Assembly (NCBI RefSeq): GCF_003334785.1 | Contig: NZ_QOWV01000023.1 | Reading direction: 5' to 3' (one strand) | DNA: 45,913 nt | From: Escherichia coli | GTDB lineage: Bacteria; Pseudomonadota; Gammaproteobacteria; Enterobacterales; Enterobacteriaceae | Part shown: piece after piece, positions 35,866 to 45,913 of the stretch | Numbering within the stretch: position 1 is the first letter of the stretch | How the letters are laid out: each line of letters opens with the position of its first letter | Made by a program: the position numbers and the translations under genes | The notes under the pieces: model-generated | What the model was told of the DNA's origin: nothing | Seen by the model: only the letters and a program-made list of their open reading frames with translations | Databases searched by the model: none

Positions 35866-36147
35866 ATTGGCTGAAAGGCGGTAATTTAGCTATAAATTGA
35901 TCACCGTCGAAAAATGCAAATTTGCTTCAACAAAAACCTGTTTATTGTAAGGATTTTGCGGCGTAATATATACGTGGGATCAATTTGAGTTTTTATTAAC
36001 ATGTTTGCAACCTTTCTTTACGCCGTTTTTGTGTGCATTCACATGGTATGATGAAAGTGTTCAAACAAATTTCTATTGGGGCATGCGTGTGACCCTTTCT
36101 AACGGGGTTCACTCTCGGAGTCTTCATGCGATGAGCAAGGAGTCATG

Positions 36148-37716
36148 ATGTTAGATATAGTCGAACTGTCGCGCTTACAGTTTGCCTTGACCGCGATGTA
36201 CCACTTCCTTTTTGTGCCACTGACGCTCGGTATGGCGTTCCTGCTGGCCATTATGGAAACGGTCTACGTCCTCTCCGGCAAACAGATTTATAAAGATATG
36301 ACCAAGTTCTGGGGCAAGTTGTTTGGTATCAACTTCGCTCTGGGTGTGGCTACCGGTCTGACCATGGAGTTCCAGTTCGGGACTAACTGGTCTTACTATT
36401 CCCACTATGTAGGGGATATCTTCGGTGCGCCGCTGGCAATCGAAGGTCTGATGGCCTTCTTCCTCGAATCCACCTTTGTAGGTCTGTTCTTCTTCGGTTG
36501 GGATCGTCTGGGTAAAGTTCAGCATATGTGTGTCACCTGGCTGGTGGCGCTCGGTTCAAACCTGTCCGCACTGTGGATTCTGGTTGCGAACGGCTGGATG
36601 CAAAACCCAATCGCGTCCGATTTCAACTTTGAAACTATGCGTATGGAGATGGTGAGCTTCTCCGAGCTGGTGCTTAACCCGGTTGCTCAGGTGAAATTCG
36701 TTCACACTGTAGCGTCTGGTTATGTGACTGGCGCGATGTTCATCCTCGGTATCAGCGCATGGTATATGCTGAAAGGTCGTGACTTCGCCTTCGCTAAACG
36801 CTCCTTTGCTATCGCTGCCAGCTTCGGTATGGCTGCTGTTCTGTCTGTTATTGTTCTGGGTGATGAATCCGGCTACGAAATGGGCGACGTGCAGAAAACC
36901 AAACTGGCTGCTATTGAAGCCGAGTGGGAAACGCAACCTGCGCCTGCTGCCTTTACTCTGTTCGGCATTCCTGATCAGGAAGAGGAGACGAACAAATTTG
37001 CGATTCAGATCCCTTACGCACTGGGCATCATTGCAACGCGTTCCGTGGATACCCCGGTTATCGGCCTGAAAGAGCTGATGGTGCAGCATGAAGAACGCAT
37101 TCGTAACGGGATGAAGGCGTACTCTCTGCTCGAACAACTGCGTTCTGGTTCTACCGACCAGGCGGTTCGTGACCAGTTCAATAGCATGAAGAAAGACCTC
37201 GGTTACGGTCTGCTGCTGAAACGCTATACGCCAAACGTGGCTGATGCGACTGAAGCGCAGATTCAACAGGCAACCAAAGACTCCATCCCGCGTGTAGCGC
37301 CGCTGTACTTTGCGTTCCGTATCATGGTGGCGTGTGGCTTCCTGCTTCTGGCAATCATCGCGCTCTCTTTCTGGAGTGTCATCCGCAACCGCATTGGCGA
37401 GAAAAAATGGCTTCTGCGCGCCGCGCTGTACGGTATTCCGCTGCCGTGGATTGCTGTAGAAGCGGGCTGGTTCGTGGCTGAATATGGCCGCCAACCGTGG
37501 GCTATCGGTGAAGTGCTGCCGACAGCTGTGGCGAACTCGTCACTGACCGCAGGCGATCTCATCTTCTCAATGGTGCTGATTTGCGGCCTGTATACCCTGT
37601 TCCTGGTGGCAGAATTGTTCTTAATGTTCAAGTTTGCACGCCTCGGCCCAAGCAGCCTGAAAACCGGTCGCTATCACTTTGAGCAGTCTTCCACGACTAC
37701 TCAGCCGGCACGCTAA
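36148..37716 (+). CDS. cydA: Cytochrome bd-I ubiquinol oxidase subunit I
   Basis: 522-aa product from [24 protein letters not shown]; ORF track begins one codon earlier (ATGATG). Confidence 0.97.
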
Positions 37717-37731
37717 GACAGGAGTCGTCAA

Positions 37732-38871
37732 ATGATCGATTATGAAGTATTGCGTTTTATCTGGTGGCTGCTGGTTGGCGTTCTGCTGATTGGTTTTGCA
37801 GTCACTGACGGTTTCGACATGGGGGTGGGCATGCTCACCCGTTTCCTCGGTCGTAACGACACCGAGCGTCGAATTATGATTAACTCCATTGCACCACACT
37901 GGGACGGTAACCAGGTTTGGCTGATCACCGCGGGCGGCGCACTCTTTGCTGCCTGGCCGATGGTCTATGCCGCTGCGTTCTCCGGCTTCTATGTGGCGAT
38001 GATCCTCGTGCTGGCGTCTTTGTTCTTCCGTCCGGTCGGTTTTGACTACCGCTCCAAGATTGAAGAAACCCGCTGGCGTAACATGTGGGACTGGGGCATC
38101 TTCATTGGTAGCTTCGTTCCGCCGCTGGTAATTGGTGTAGCGTTCGGTAACCTGTTGCAGGGCGTACCGTTCAACGTTGATGAATATCTGCGTCTGTACT
38201 ACACCGGTAACTTCTTCCAGTTGCTTAACCCGTTCGGCCTGCTGGCAGGCGTGGTGAGCGTAGGGATGATCATTACTCAGGGCGCAACCTATCTGCAAAT
38301 GCGTACCGTGGGCGAACTGCACCTGCGTACCCGTGCAACGGCTCAGGTGGCTGCGCTGGTGACACTGGTCTGTTTCGCACTGGCTGGCGTATGGGTGATG
38401 TACGGTATCGATGGTTATGTCGTGAAATCGACAATGGACCATTACGCAGCCTCTAACCCACTGAATAAAGAAGTGGTTCGTGAAGCTGGCGCATGGCTGG
38501 TTAACTTCAACAACACGCCAATTCTGTGGGCTATTCCGGCACTGGGTGTGGTTCTGCCGCTGCTGACCATCCTGACTGCACGTATGGATAAAGCCGCGTG
38601 GGCGTTTGTGTTCTCCTCCCTGACGCTGGCCTGCATCATCCTGACAGCCGGTATCGCAATGTTCCCGTTTGTGATGCCGTCCAGCACCATGATGAACGCA
38701 AGTCTGACAATGTGGGATGCAACTTCCAGCCAGCTGACGCTTAACGTCATGACCTGGGTTGCGGTGGTTCTGGTACCGATCATTCTGCTCTACACCGCCT
38801 GGTGTTACTGGAAAATGTTCGGTCGTATCACCAAAGAAGATATTGAACGTAACACCCACTCTCTGTACTAA
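37732..38871 (+). CDS. cydB: Cytochrome bd-I ubiquinol oxidase subunit II
   Basis: 379-aa ORF (MIDYEVLRFIWWLLVGVLLIGFAVTDGFDMG...). Confidence 0.97.
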   Translation: MIDYEVLRFIWWLLVGVLLIGFAVTDGFDMGVGMLTRFLGRNDTERRIMINSIAPHWDGNQVWLITAGGALFAAWPMVYAAAFSGFYVAMILVLASLFFRPVGFDYRSKIEETRWRNMWDWGIFIGSFVPPLVIGVAFGNLLQGVPFNVDEYLRLYYTGNFFQLLNPFGLLAGVVSVGMIITQGATYLQMRTVGELHLRTRATAQVAALVTLVCFALAGVWVMYGIDGYVVKSTMDHYAASNPLNKEVVREAGAWLVNFNNTPILWAIPALGVVLPLLTILTARMDKAAWAFVFSSLTLACIILTAGIAMFPFVMPSSTMMNASLTMWDATSSQLTLNVMTWVAVVLVPIILLYTAWCYWKMFGRITKEDIERNTHSLY

Positions 38872-38885
38872 GTAAGGAGCTAAAA

Positions 38886-38999
38886 ATGTGGTATTTCGCA
38901 TGGATTCTGGGAACGCTTCTTGCCTGTTCGTTTGGGGTAATCACCGCGCTGGCGCTTGAACACGTCGAATCAGGCAAAGCCGGTCAAGAAGACATCTGA
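38886..38999 (+). CDS. cydX: Cytochrome bd-I accessory small membrane protein (37 aa)
   Basis: ATG at 38886 preceded by AAGGAG; translation MWYFAWILGTLLACSFGVITALALEHVESGKAGQEDI; below the ORF-track size cutoff; formerly ybgT. Confidence 0.85.
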   Translation: MWYFAWILGTLLACSFGVITALALEHVESGKAGQEDI

Positions 39000-39292
39000 T
39001 GAGTAAGATTATCGCGACTTTGTATGCGGTAATGGACAAGCGCCCCCTGCGGGCGCTTTCCTTCGTGATGGCGCTTCTGTTAGCAGGATGTATGTTTTGG
39101 GACCCATCTCGTTTTGCCGCGAAGACCAGTGAACTGGAAATCTGGCATGGTTTATTGCTGATGTGGGCCGTCTGTGCTGGTGTGATTCACGGCGTGGGCT
39201 TTCGTCCGCAGAAGGTTCTTTGGCAAGGGATTTTTTGCCCATTGCTTGCCGATATTGTTCTCATTGTCGGGCTGATTTTCTTCTTCTTTTAA
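38999..39292 (+). CDS. ybgE: cyd operon small inner-membrane protein
   Basis: 97-aa hydrophobic ORF; start ATG overlaps the cydX stop (TGATG). Confidence 0.85.
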   Translation: MSKIIATLYAVMDKRPLRALSFVMALLLAGCMFWDPSRFAAKTSELEIWHGLLLMWAVCAGVIHGVGFRPQKVLWQGIFCPLLADIVLIVGLIFFFF

Positions 39293-39441
39293 ATCAGAAT
39301 TCTCTTTAAAAAATTATGGGCCGCTCCAGGCCCATAAATTTTTACGCTCCCTTAACTTGCCCTCATTCCCAAACCTCAATCGCGCGCGTATAGTAGCAGC
39401 GTTTAAAAGCTCTAACTTTTGTTGCATTACCGGGATGTAAA

Positions 39442-40535
<1,094 letters not shown>

Positions 40536-40538
40536 GCC

Positions 40539-40967
40539 ATGGCCAGAGCGCGTGGACGAGGTCGTCGCGATCTCAAGTCCGAAATCAACATTGTACCGTT
40601 GCTGGACGTACTGCTGGTGCTGTTGCTGATCTTTATGGCGACAGCGCCCATCATCACCCAGAGCGTGGAGGTCGATCTGCCAGACGCTACTGAATCACAG
40701 GCGGTGAGCAGTAACGATAATCCGCCAGTGATTGTTGAAGTGTCTGGTATTGGTCAGTACACCGTGGTGGTTGAGAAAGATCGCCTGGAGCGTTTACCAC
40801 CAGAGCAGGTGGTGGCGGAAGTGTCCAGCCGTTTCAAGGCCAACCCGAAAACGGTCTTTCTGATCGGTGGCGCAAAAGATGTGCCTTACGATGAAATAAT
40901 TAAAGCACTGAACTTGTTACATAGTGCGGGTGTGAAATCGGTTGGTTTAATGACGCAGCCTATCTAA
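40539..40967 (+). CDS. tolR: Tol-Pal system protein TolR (MotB/ExbD family)
   Basis: 142-aa ORF (...NIVPLLDVLLVLLLIFM...). Confidence 0.97.
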   Translation: MARARGRGRRDLKSEINIVPLLDVLLVLLLIFMATAPIITQSVEVDLPDATESQAVSSNDNPPVIVEVSGIGQYTVVVEKDRLERLPPEQVVAEVSSRFKANPKTVFLIGGAKDVPYDEIIKALNLLHSAGVKSVGLMTQPI

Positions 40968-41031
40968 ACATCTGCGTTTCCCTTGCTTGAAAGAGAGCGG
41001 GTAACAGGCGAACAGTTTTTGGAAACCGAGA

Positions 41032-42297
41032 GTGTCAAAGGCAACCGAACAAAACGACAAGCTCAAGCGGGCGATAATTATTTCAGCAGTGCTGCATGTC
41101 ATCTTATTTGCGGCGCTGATCTGGAGTTCGTTCGATGAGAATATAGAAGCTTCAGCCGGAGGCGGCGGTGGTTCGTCCATCGACGCTGTCATGGTTGATT
41201 CAGGTGCGGTAGTTGAGCAGTACAAACGCATGCAAAGCCAGGAATCAAGCGCGAAGCGTTCTGATGAACAGCGCAAGATGAAGGAACAGCAGGCTGCTGA
41301 AGAACTGCGTGAGAAACAAGCGGCTGAACAGGAACGCCTGAAGCAACTTGAGAAAGAGCGGTTAGCGGCTCAGGAGCAGAAAAAGCAGGCTGAAGAAGCC
41401 GCAAAACAGGCCGAGTTAAAGCAGAAGCAAGCTGAAGAGGCGGCAGCGAAAGCGGCGGCAGATGCTAAAGCGAAGGCCGAAGCAGATGCTAAAGCTGCGG
41501 AAGAAGCAGCGAAGAAAGCGGCTGCAGACGCAAAGAAAAAAGCAGAAGCAGAAGCCGCCAAAGCCGCAGCCGAAGCGCAGAAAAAAGCCGAGGCAGCCGC
41601 TGCGGCACTGAAGAAGAAAGCGGAAGCGGCAGAAGCAGCTGCAGCTGAAGCAAGAAAGAAAGCGGCAACTGAAGCTGCTGAAAAAGCCAAAGCAGAAGCT
41701 GAGAAGAAAGCGGCTGCTGAAAAGGCTGCAGCTGATAAGAAAGCGGCAGCAGAGAAAGCTGCAGCCGACAAAAAAGCAGCAGAAAAAGCGGCTGCTGAAA
41801 AGGCAGCAGCTGATAAGAAAGCAGCGGCAGAAAAAGCCGCCGCAGACAAAAAAGCGGCAGCGGCAAAAGCTGCAGCTGAAAAAGCCGCTGCAGCAAAAGC
41901 GGCCGCAGAGGCAGATGATATTTTCGGTGAGCTAAGCTCTGGTAAGAATGCACCGAAAACGGGGGGAGGGGCGAAAGGGAACAATGCTTCGCCTGCCGGG
42001 AGTGGTAATACTAAAAACAATGGCGCATCAGGGGCCGATATCAATAACTATGCCGGGCAGATTAAATCTGCTATCGAAAGTAAGTTCTATGACGCATCGT
42101 CCTATGCAGGCAAAACCTGTACGCTGCGCATAAAACTGGCACCCGATGGTATGTTACTGGATATCAAACCTGAAGGTGGCGATCCCGCACTTTGTCAGGC
42201 TGCGTTGGCAGCAGCTAAACTTGCGAAGATCCCGAAACCACCAAGCCAGGCAGTATATGAAGTGTTCAAAAACGCGCCATTGGACTTCAAACCGTAA
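41032..42297 (+). CDS. tolA: Tol-Pal system protein TolA, with long Ala/Lys/Glu-rich helical domain II
   Basis: 421-aa ORF with GTG start; N-terminal TM anchor, repetitive (A/K/E)-rich middle, globular C-terminus. Confidence 0.95.
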   Translation: MSKATEQNDKLKRAIIISAVLHVILFAALIWSSFDENIEASAGGGGGSSIDAVMVDSGAVVEQYKRMQSQESSAKRSDEQRKMKEQQAAEELREKQAAEQERLKQLEKERLAAQEQKKQAEEAAKQAELKQKQAEEAAAKAAADAKAKAEADAKAAEEAAKKAAADAKKKAEAEAAKAAAEAQKKAEAAAAALKKKAEAAEAAAAEARKKAATEAAEKAKAEAEKKAAAEKAAADKKAAAEKAAADKKAAEKAAAEKAAADKKAAAEKAAADKKAAAAKAAAEKAAAAKAAAEADDIFGELSSGKNAPKTGGGAKGNNASPAGSGNTKNNGASGADINNYAGQIKSAIESKFYDASSYAGKTCTLRIKLAPDGMLLDIKPEGGDPALCQAALAAAKLAKIPKPPSQAVYEVFKNAPLDFKP

Positions 42298-42429
42298 TCG
42301 CGATGTTGACTGTTCGGACGGTCAACATCAGGCACCGGTTGCCACGGGGTTCTGGTAGTTTTGTGTATTTTAGTTTGTTAACATTCTGCTAAATTATCGT
42401 GGGCCATCGGTCCAGATAAGGGAGATATG

Positions 42430-43722
42430 ATGAAGCAGGCATTACGAGTAGCATTTGGTTTTCTCATACTGTGGGCATCAGTTCTGCATGCTGAAGTCCG
42501 CATTGTGATCGACAGCGGTGTAGATTCCGGTCGTCCTATTGGTGTTGTTCCTTTCCAGTGGGCGGGGCCTGGTGCGGCACCTGAAGATATTGGCGGCATC
42601 GTTGCTGCTGACTTGCGTAACAGCGGTAAATTTAATCCGTTAGATCGCGCTCGTCTGCCACAGCAGCCGGGTAGTGCGCAGGAAGTACAACCAGCTGCAT
42701 GGTCCGCACTGGGCATTGACGCTGTAGTTGTCGGTCAGGTCACTCCGAATCCGGATGGTTCTTACAATGTTGCTTATCAACTTGTTGACACTGGCGGCGC
42801 ACCGGGTACTGTACTTGCTCAGAACTCGTACAAAGTGAACAAGCAGTGGCTGCGTTATGCTGGTCATACCGCCAGTGATGAAGTGTTTGAAAAACTGACC
42901 GGCATTAAAGGTGCGTTCCGTACTCGTATTGCCTACGTTGTTCAGACCAACGGCGGTCAGTTCCCGTATGAACTGCGCGTATCTGACTATGACGGTTACA
43001 ACCAGTTTGTCGTTCACCGTTCACCGCAGCCGCTGATGTCTCCGGCGTGGTCACCAGACGGTTCTAAACTGGCTTATGTGACCTTCGAAAGCGGTCGTTC
43101 CGCGCTGGTTATTCAGACGCTGGCAAATGGCGCTGTACGTCAGGTGGCTTCATTCCCGCGTCACAACGGTGCACCTGCATTCTCGCCAGACGGCAGCAAA
43201 CTGGCATTCGCCTTGTCGAAAACCGGTAGTCTGAACCTGTACGTAATGGATTTGGCTTCTGGTCAGATCCGCCAGGTGACTGATGGTCGCAGTAACAATA
43301 CCGAACCGACCTGGTTCCCGGATAGCCAGAACCTGGCATTTACTTCTGACCAGGCCGGTCGTCCGCAGGTTTATAAAGTGAATATCAACGGCGGTGCGCC
43401 ACAACGTATTACCTGGGAAGGTTCGCAGAACCAGGATGCGGATGTCAGCAGCGACGGTAAATTTATGGTAATGGTCAGCTCCAATGGTGGGCAGCAGCAC
43501 ATTGCCAAACAAGATCTGGCAACGGGAGGCGTACAAGTTCTGTCGTCCACGTTCCTGGATGAAACGCCAAGTCTGGCACCTAACGGCACTATGGTAATCT
43601 ACAGCTCTTCTCAGGGGATGGGATCCGTGCTGAATTTGGTTTCTACAGATGGGCGTTTCAAAGCGCGTCTTCCGGCAACTGATGGACAGGTCAAATTCCC
43701 TGCCTGGTCGCCGTATCTGTGA
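42430..43722 (+). CDS. tolB: Tol-Pal system periplasmic beta-propeller protein TolB
   Basis: 430-aa product from [21 protein letters not shown] (signal peptide); ORF track begins one codon earlier. Confidence 0.97.
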   Translation: MKQALRVAFGFLILWASVLHAEVRIVIDSGVDSGRPIGVVPFQWAGPGAAPEDIGGIVAADLRNSGKFNPLDRARLPQQPGSAQEVQPAAWSALGIDAVVVGQVTPNPDGSYNVAYQLVDTGGAPGTVLAQNSYKVNKQWLRYAGHTASDEVFEKLTGIKGAFRTRIAYVVQTNGGQFPYELRVSDYDGYNQFVVHRSPQPLMSPAWSPDGSKLAYVTFESGRSALVIQTLANGAVRQVASFPRHNGAPAFSPDGSKLAFALSKTGSLNLYVMDLASGQIRQVTDGRSNNTEPTWFPDSQNLAFTSDQAGRPQVYKVNINGGAPQRITWEGSQNQDADVSSDGKFMVMVSSNGGQQHIAKQDLATGGVQVLSSTFLDETPSLAPNGTMVIYSSSQGMGSVLNLVSTDGRFKARLPATDGQVKFPAWSPYL

Positions 43723-43732
43723 TAATAATTAA

Positions 43733-44278
<546 letters not shown>

Positions 44279-44287
44279 GAGAATTGC

Positions 44288-45079
44288 ATGAGCAGTAACT
44301 TCAGACATCAACTATTGAGTCTGTCGTTACTGGTTGGTATAGCGGCCCCCTGGGCCGCTTTTGCTCAGGCACCAATCAGTAGTGTCGGCTCAGGCTCGGT
44401 CGAAGACCGCGTCACTCAACTTGAGCGTATTTCTAATGCTCACAGCCAGCTTTTAACCCAACTCCAGCAACAACTTTCTGATAATCAATCCGATATTGAT
44501 TCCCTGCGTGGTCAGATTCAGGAAAATCAGTATCAACTGAATCAGGTCGTGGAGCGGCAAAAGCAGATCCTGTTGCAGATCGACAGCCTCAGCAGCGGTG
44601 GTGCAGCGGCGCAATCAACCAGCGGCGATCAAAGCGGTGCGGCGGCATCAACGACGCCGACAGCTGATGCTGGTACTGCGAATGCTGGCGCGCCGGTGAA
44701 AAGCGGTAATGCAAACACGGATTACAATGCAGCTATTGCGCTGGTGCAGGATAAATCCCGCCAGGATGACGCAATGGTGGCATTTCAGAATTTCATCAAA
44801 AATTACCCTGATTCAACTTACCTGCCAAACGCCAATTATTGGCTGGGTCAGTTAAACTACAACAAGGGTAAAAAAGATGATGCGGCGTACTATTTTGCTT
44901 CGGTAGTGAAAAACTATCCGAAGTCACCAAAGGCTGCAGATGCGATGTTTAAAGTCGGCGTCATCATGCAGGACAAAGGTGACACCGCAAAAGCGAAAGC
45001 CGTATACCAGCAGGTTATCAGTAAATACCCTGGTACTGATGGCGCTAAACAGGCACAAAAACGTCTGAACGCGATGTAA
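44288..45079 (+). CDS. cpoB: Cell-division coordinator CpoB (TPR-repeat periplasmic protein)
   Basis: 263-aa ORF with signal peptide, coiled-coil and C-terminal TPR-like repeats; formerly ybgF. Confidence 0.93.
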   Translation: MSSNFRHQLLSLSLLVGIAAPWAAFAQAPISSVGSGSVEDRVTQLERISNAHSQLLTQLQQQLSDNQSDIDSLRGQIQENQYQLNQVVERQKQILLQIDSLSSGGAAAQSTSGDQSGAAASTTPTADAGTANAGAPVKSGNANTDYNAAIALVQDKSRQDDAMVAFQNFIKNYPDSTYLPNANYWLGQLNYNKGKKDDAAYYFASVVKNYPKSPKAADAMFKVGVIMQDKGDTAKAKAVYQQVISKYPGTDGAKQAQKRLNAM

Positions 45080-45087
45080 TGCATAAC

Positions 45088-45121
45088 ACACGACCAGAAG
45101 TCGCATTATTTCTGGTCGTGT
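45088..45121 (+). terminator. Perfect 12-bp stem-loop after cpoB; terminator-like but without a clear U-tract
   Basis: ACACGACCAGAA (45088-45099), loop GTCGCATTAT, TTCTGGTCGTGT (45110-45121). Confidence 0.4.
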
Positions 45122-45165
45122 CGTGCGAATCATAAGCAGTTGAGTGATCTACATCGAAATTTTTG

Positions 45166-45193
45166 TTGCGCTCAGGTCTGAAATCAGTAATAT
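45166..45193 (+). promoter_or_regulatory. Candidate sigma-70 promoter of the tRNA operon with GC-rich discriminator
   Basis: TTGCGC (45166-45171), 16-bp spacer, TAATAT (45188-45193), then GC-rich ATGCCGCCG; A/T-rich tract upstream (45156-45164). Confidence 0.35.
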
Positions 45194-45243
45194 ATGCCGC
45201 CGTTGCCACGGGATATCAAACAAACCGAAAGCAACGAAAAAGT

Positions 45244-45319
45244 GGGTCGTTAGCTCAGTTGGTAGAGCAGTTGACTTTTAATCAATTGGTCGCAGGTTCG
45301 AATCCTGCACGACCCACCA
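45244..45319 (+). tRNA. lysT: tRNA-Lys (anticodon UUU)
   Basis: 76-nt GGGTCGTTAGCTCAGTTGGTAGAGCAGTTGACTTTTAATCAATTGGTCGCAGGTTCGAATCCTGCACGACCCACCA, CCA encoded. Confidence 0.95.
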
Positions 45320-45454
45320 ATCGCTAAGGTGGAAGCGGTAGTAAAACGTGAAGGATAACGTTGCATGAGCAACGGCCCGAAGGGCGAGACGAAGTCGAGT
45401 CATCCTGCACGACCCACCACTAACATAGTTAGTTGTAGTATCCAGCGTAGTATC

Positions 45455-45530
45455 GGGTGATTAGCTCAGCTGGGAGAGCACCTCCCTTACAAGGAGGGGG
45501 TCGGCGGTTCGATCCCGTCATCACCCACCA
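45455..45530 (+). tRNA. valT: tRNA-Val (anticodon UAC)
   Basis: 76-nt GGGTGATTAGCTCAGCTGGGAGAGCACCTCCCTTACAAGGAGGGGGTCGGCGGTTCGATCCCGTCATCACCCACCA. Confidence 0.95.
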
Positions 45531-45533
45531 CTC

Positions 45534-45609
45534 GGGTCGTTAGCTCAGTTGGTAGAGCAGTTGACTTTTAATCAATTGGTCGCAGGTTCGAATCCTGCAC
45601 GACCCACCA
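45534..45609 (+). tRNA. lysW: tRNA-Lys (anticodon UUU)
   Basis: Identical 76-nt tRNA-Lys sequence, 3 nt after valT. Confidence 0.95.
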
Positions 45610-45758
45610 GTTTTAACATCGAAGACAGATGTTAAGCGTGTAGGATAACGTTGCGTCAGCAACGGCCCGTAGGGCGAGCGAAGCGAGTCATCCTGCACGA
45701 CCCACCACTAATGACGGTGGGTTCGGTGGAAGTAGTTTGTAGTATCCAGCGCAGTATC

Positions 45759-45834
45759 GGGTGATTAGCTCAGCTGGGAGAGCACCTCCCTTACAAGGAG
45801 GGGGTCGGCGGTTCGATCCCGTCATCACCCACCA
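45759..45834 (+). tRNA. valZ: tRNA-Val (anticodon UAC)
   Basis: Identical 76-nt tRNA-Val sequence. Confidence 0.95.
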
Positions 45835-45837
45835 CTC

Positions 45838-45913
45838 GGGTCGTTAGCTCAGTTGGTAGAGCAGTTGACTTTTAATCAATTGGTCGCAGGTTCGAATCCT
45901 GCACGACCCACCA
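45838..45913 (+). tRNA. lysY: tRNA-Lys (anticodon UUU); ends exactly at the window edge
   Basis: Identical 76-nt tRNA-Lys sequence ending in CCA at 45911-45913. Confidence 0.9.

Noticed and set aside
36556-38901. 312-aa and 426-aa minus-strand ORFs opposite cydA and cydB
   Set aside because: Antisense shadows of membrane-protein genes; translations are Arg/His/Gln-rich and not protein-like.
45320-45758. Repeat-spacer-like structure in the tRNA region considered as CRISPR or an integron attachment array
   Set aside because: The repeats are complete tRNA genes with cloverleaf-compatible sequence and CCA ends; intervening sequences are duplicated spacers, not unique protospacer-derived inserts.

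Overview
This window reads as a well-known enterobacterial chromosomal segment, matching from memory the Escherichia coli K-12 region from the RhsC element to the lysT tRNA operon; no database search was possible. I did not find a convincing previously undescribed system, and almost every base is accounted for by recognisable genes. Content in order: (1) the 3' tail of an orphan Rhs toxin gene, a small secreted-looking partner ORF (ybfC), and two tandem, differently decayed ISAs1-family H-repeat copies; (2) ybgA-phr, dtpD, ybgI, pxpBCA, nei, abrB; (3) a four-gene chaperone-usher fimbrial operon ybgDQPO on the minus strand behind an AT-rich upstream region; (4) gltA divergent from sdhCDAB-sucABCD, with REP/BIME repeats in the intergenic gaps and an SdhX-type sRNA in the sucD 3' UTR; (5) mngR and mngAB; (6) cydAB-cydX-ybgE behind a long AT-rich leader with two FNR-type boxes; (7) ybgC-tolQRA-tolB-pal-cpoB; (8) the start of the lysT-valT-lysW-valZ-lysY tRNA operon. 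The parts most worth a second look are the Rhs tip with its partner ORF, the H-repeat decay pattern, the fimbrial operon, several small regulatory palindromes, and tRNA 3'-end fragments repeated in the tRNA spacers. Long antisense ORFs opposite sdhA, sucA, cydAB and tolA are treated as artefacts.
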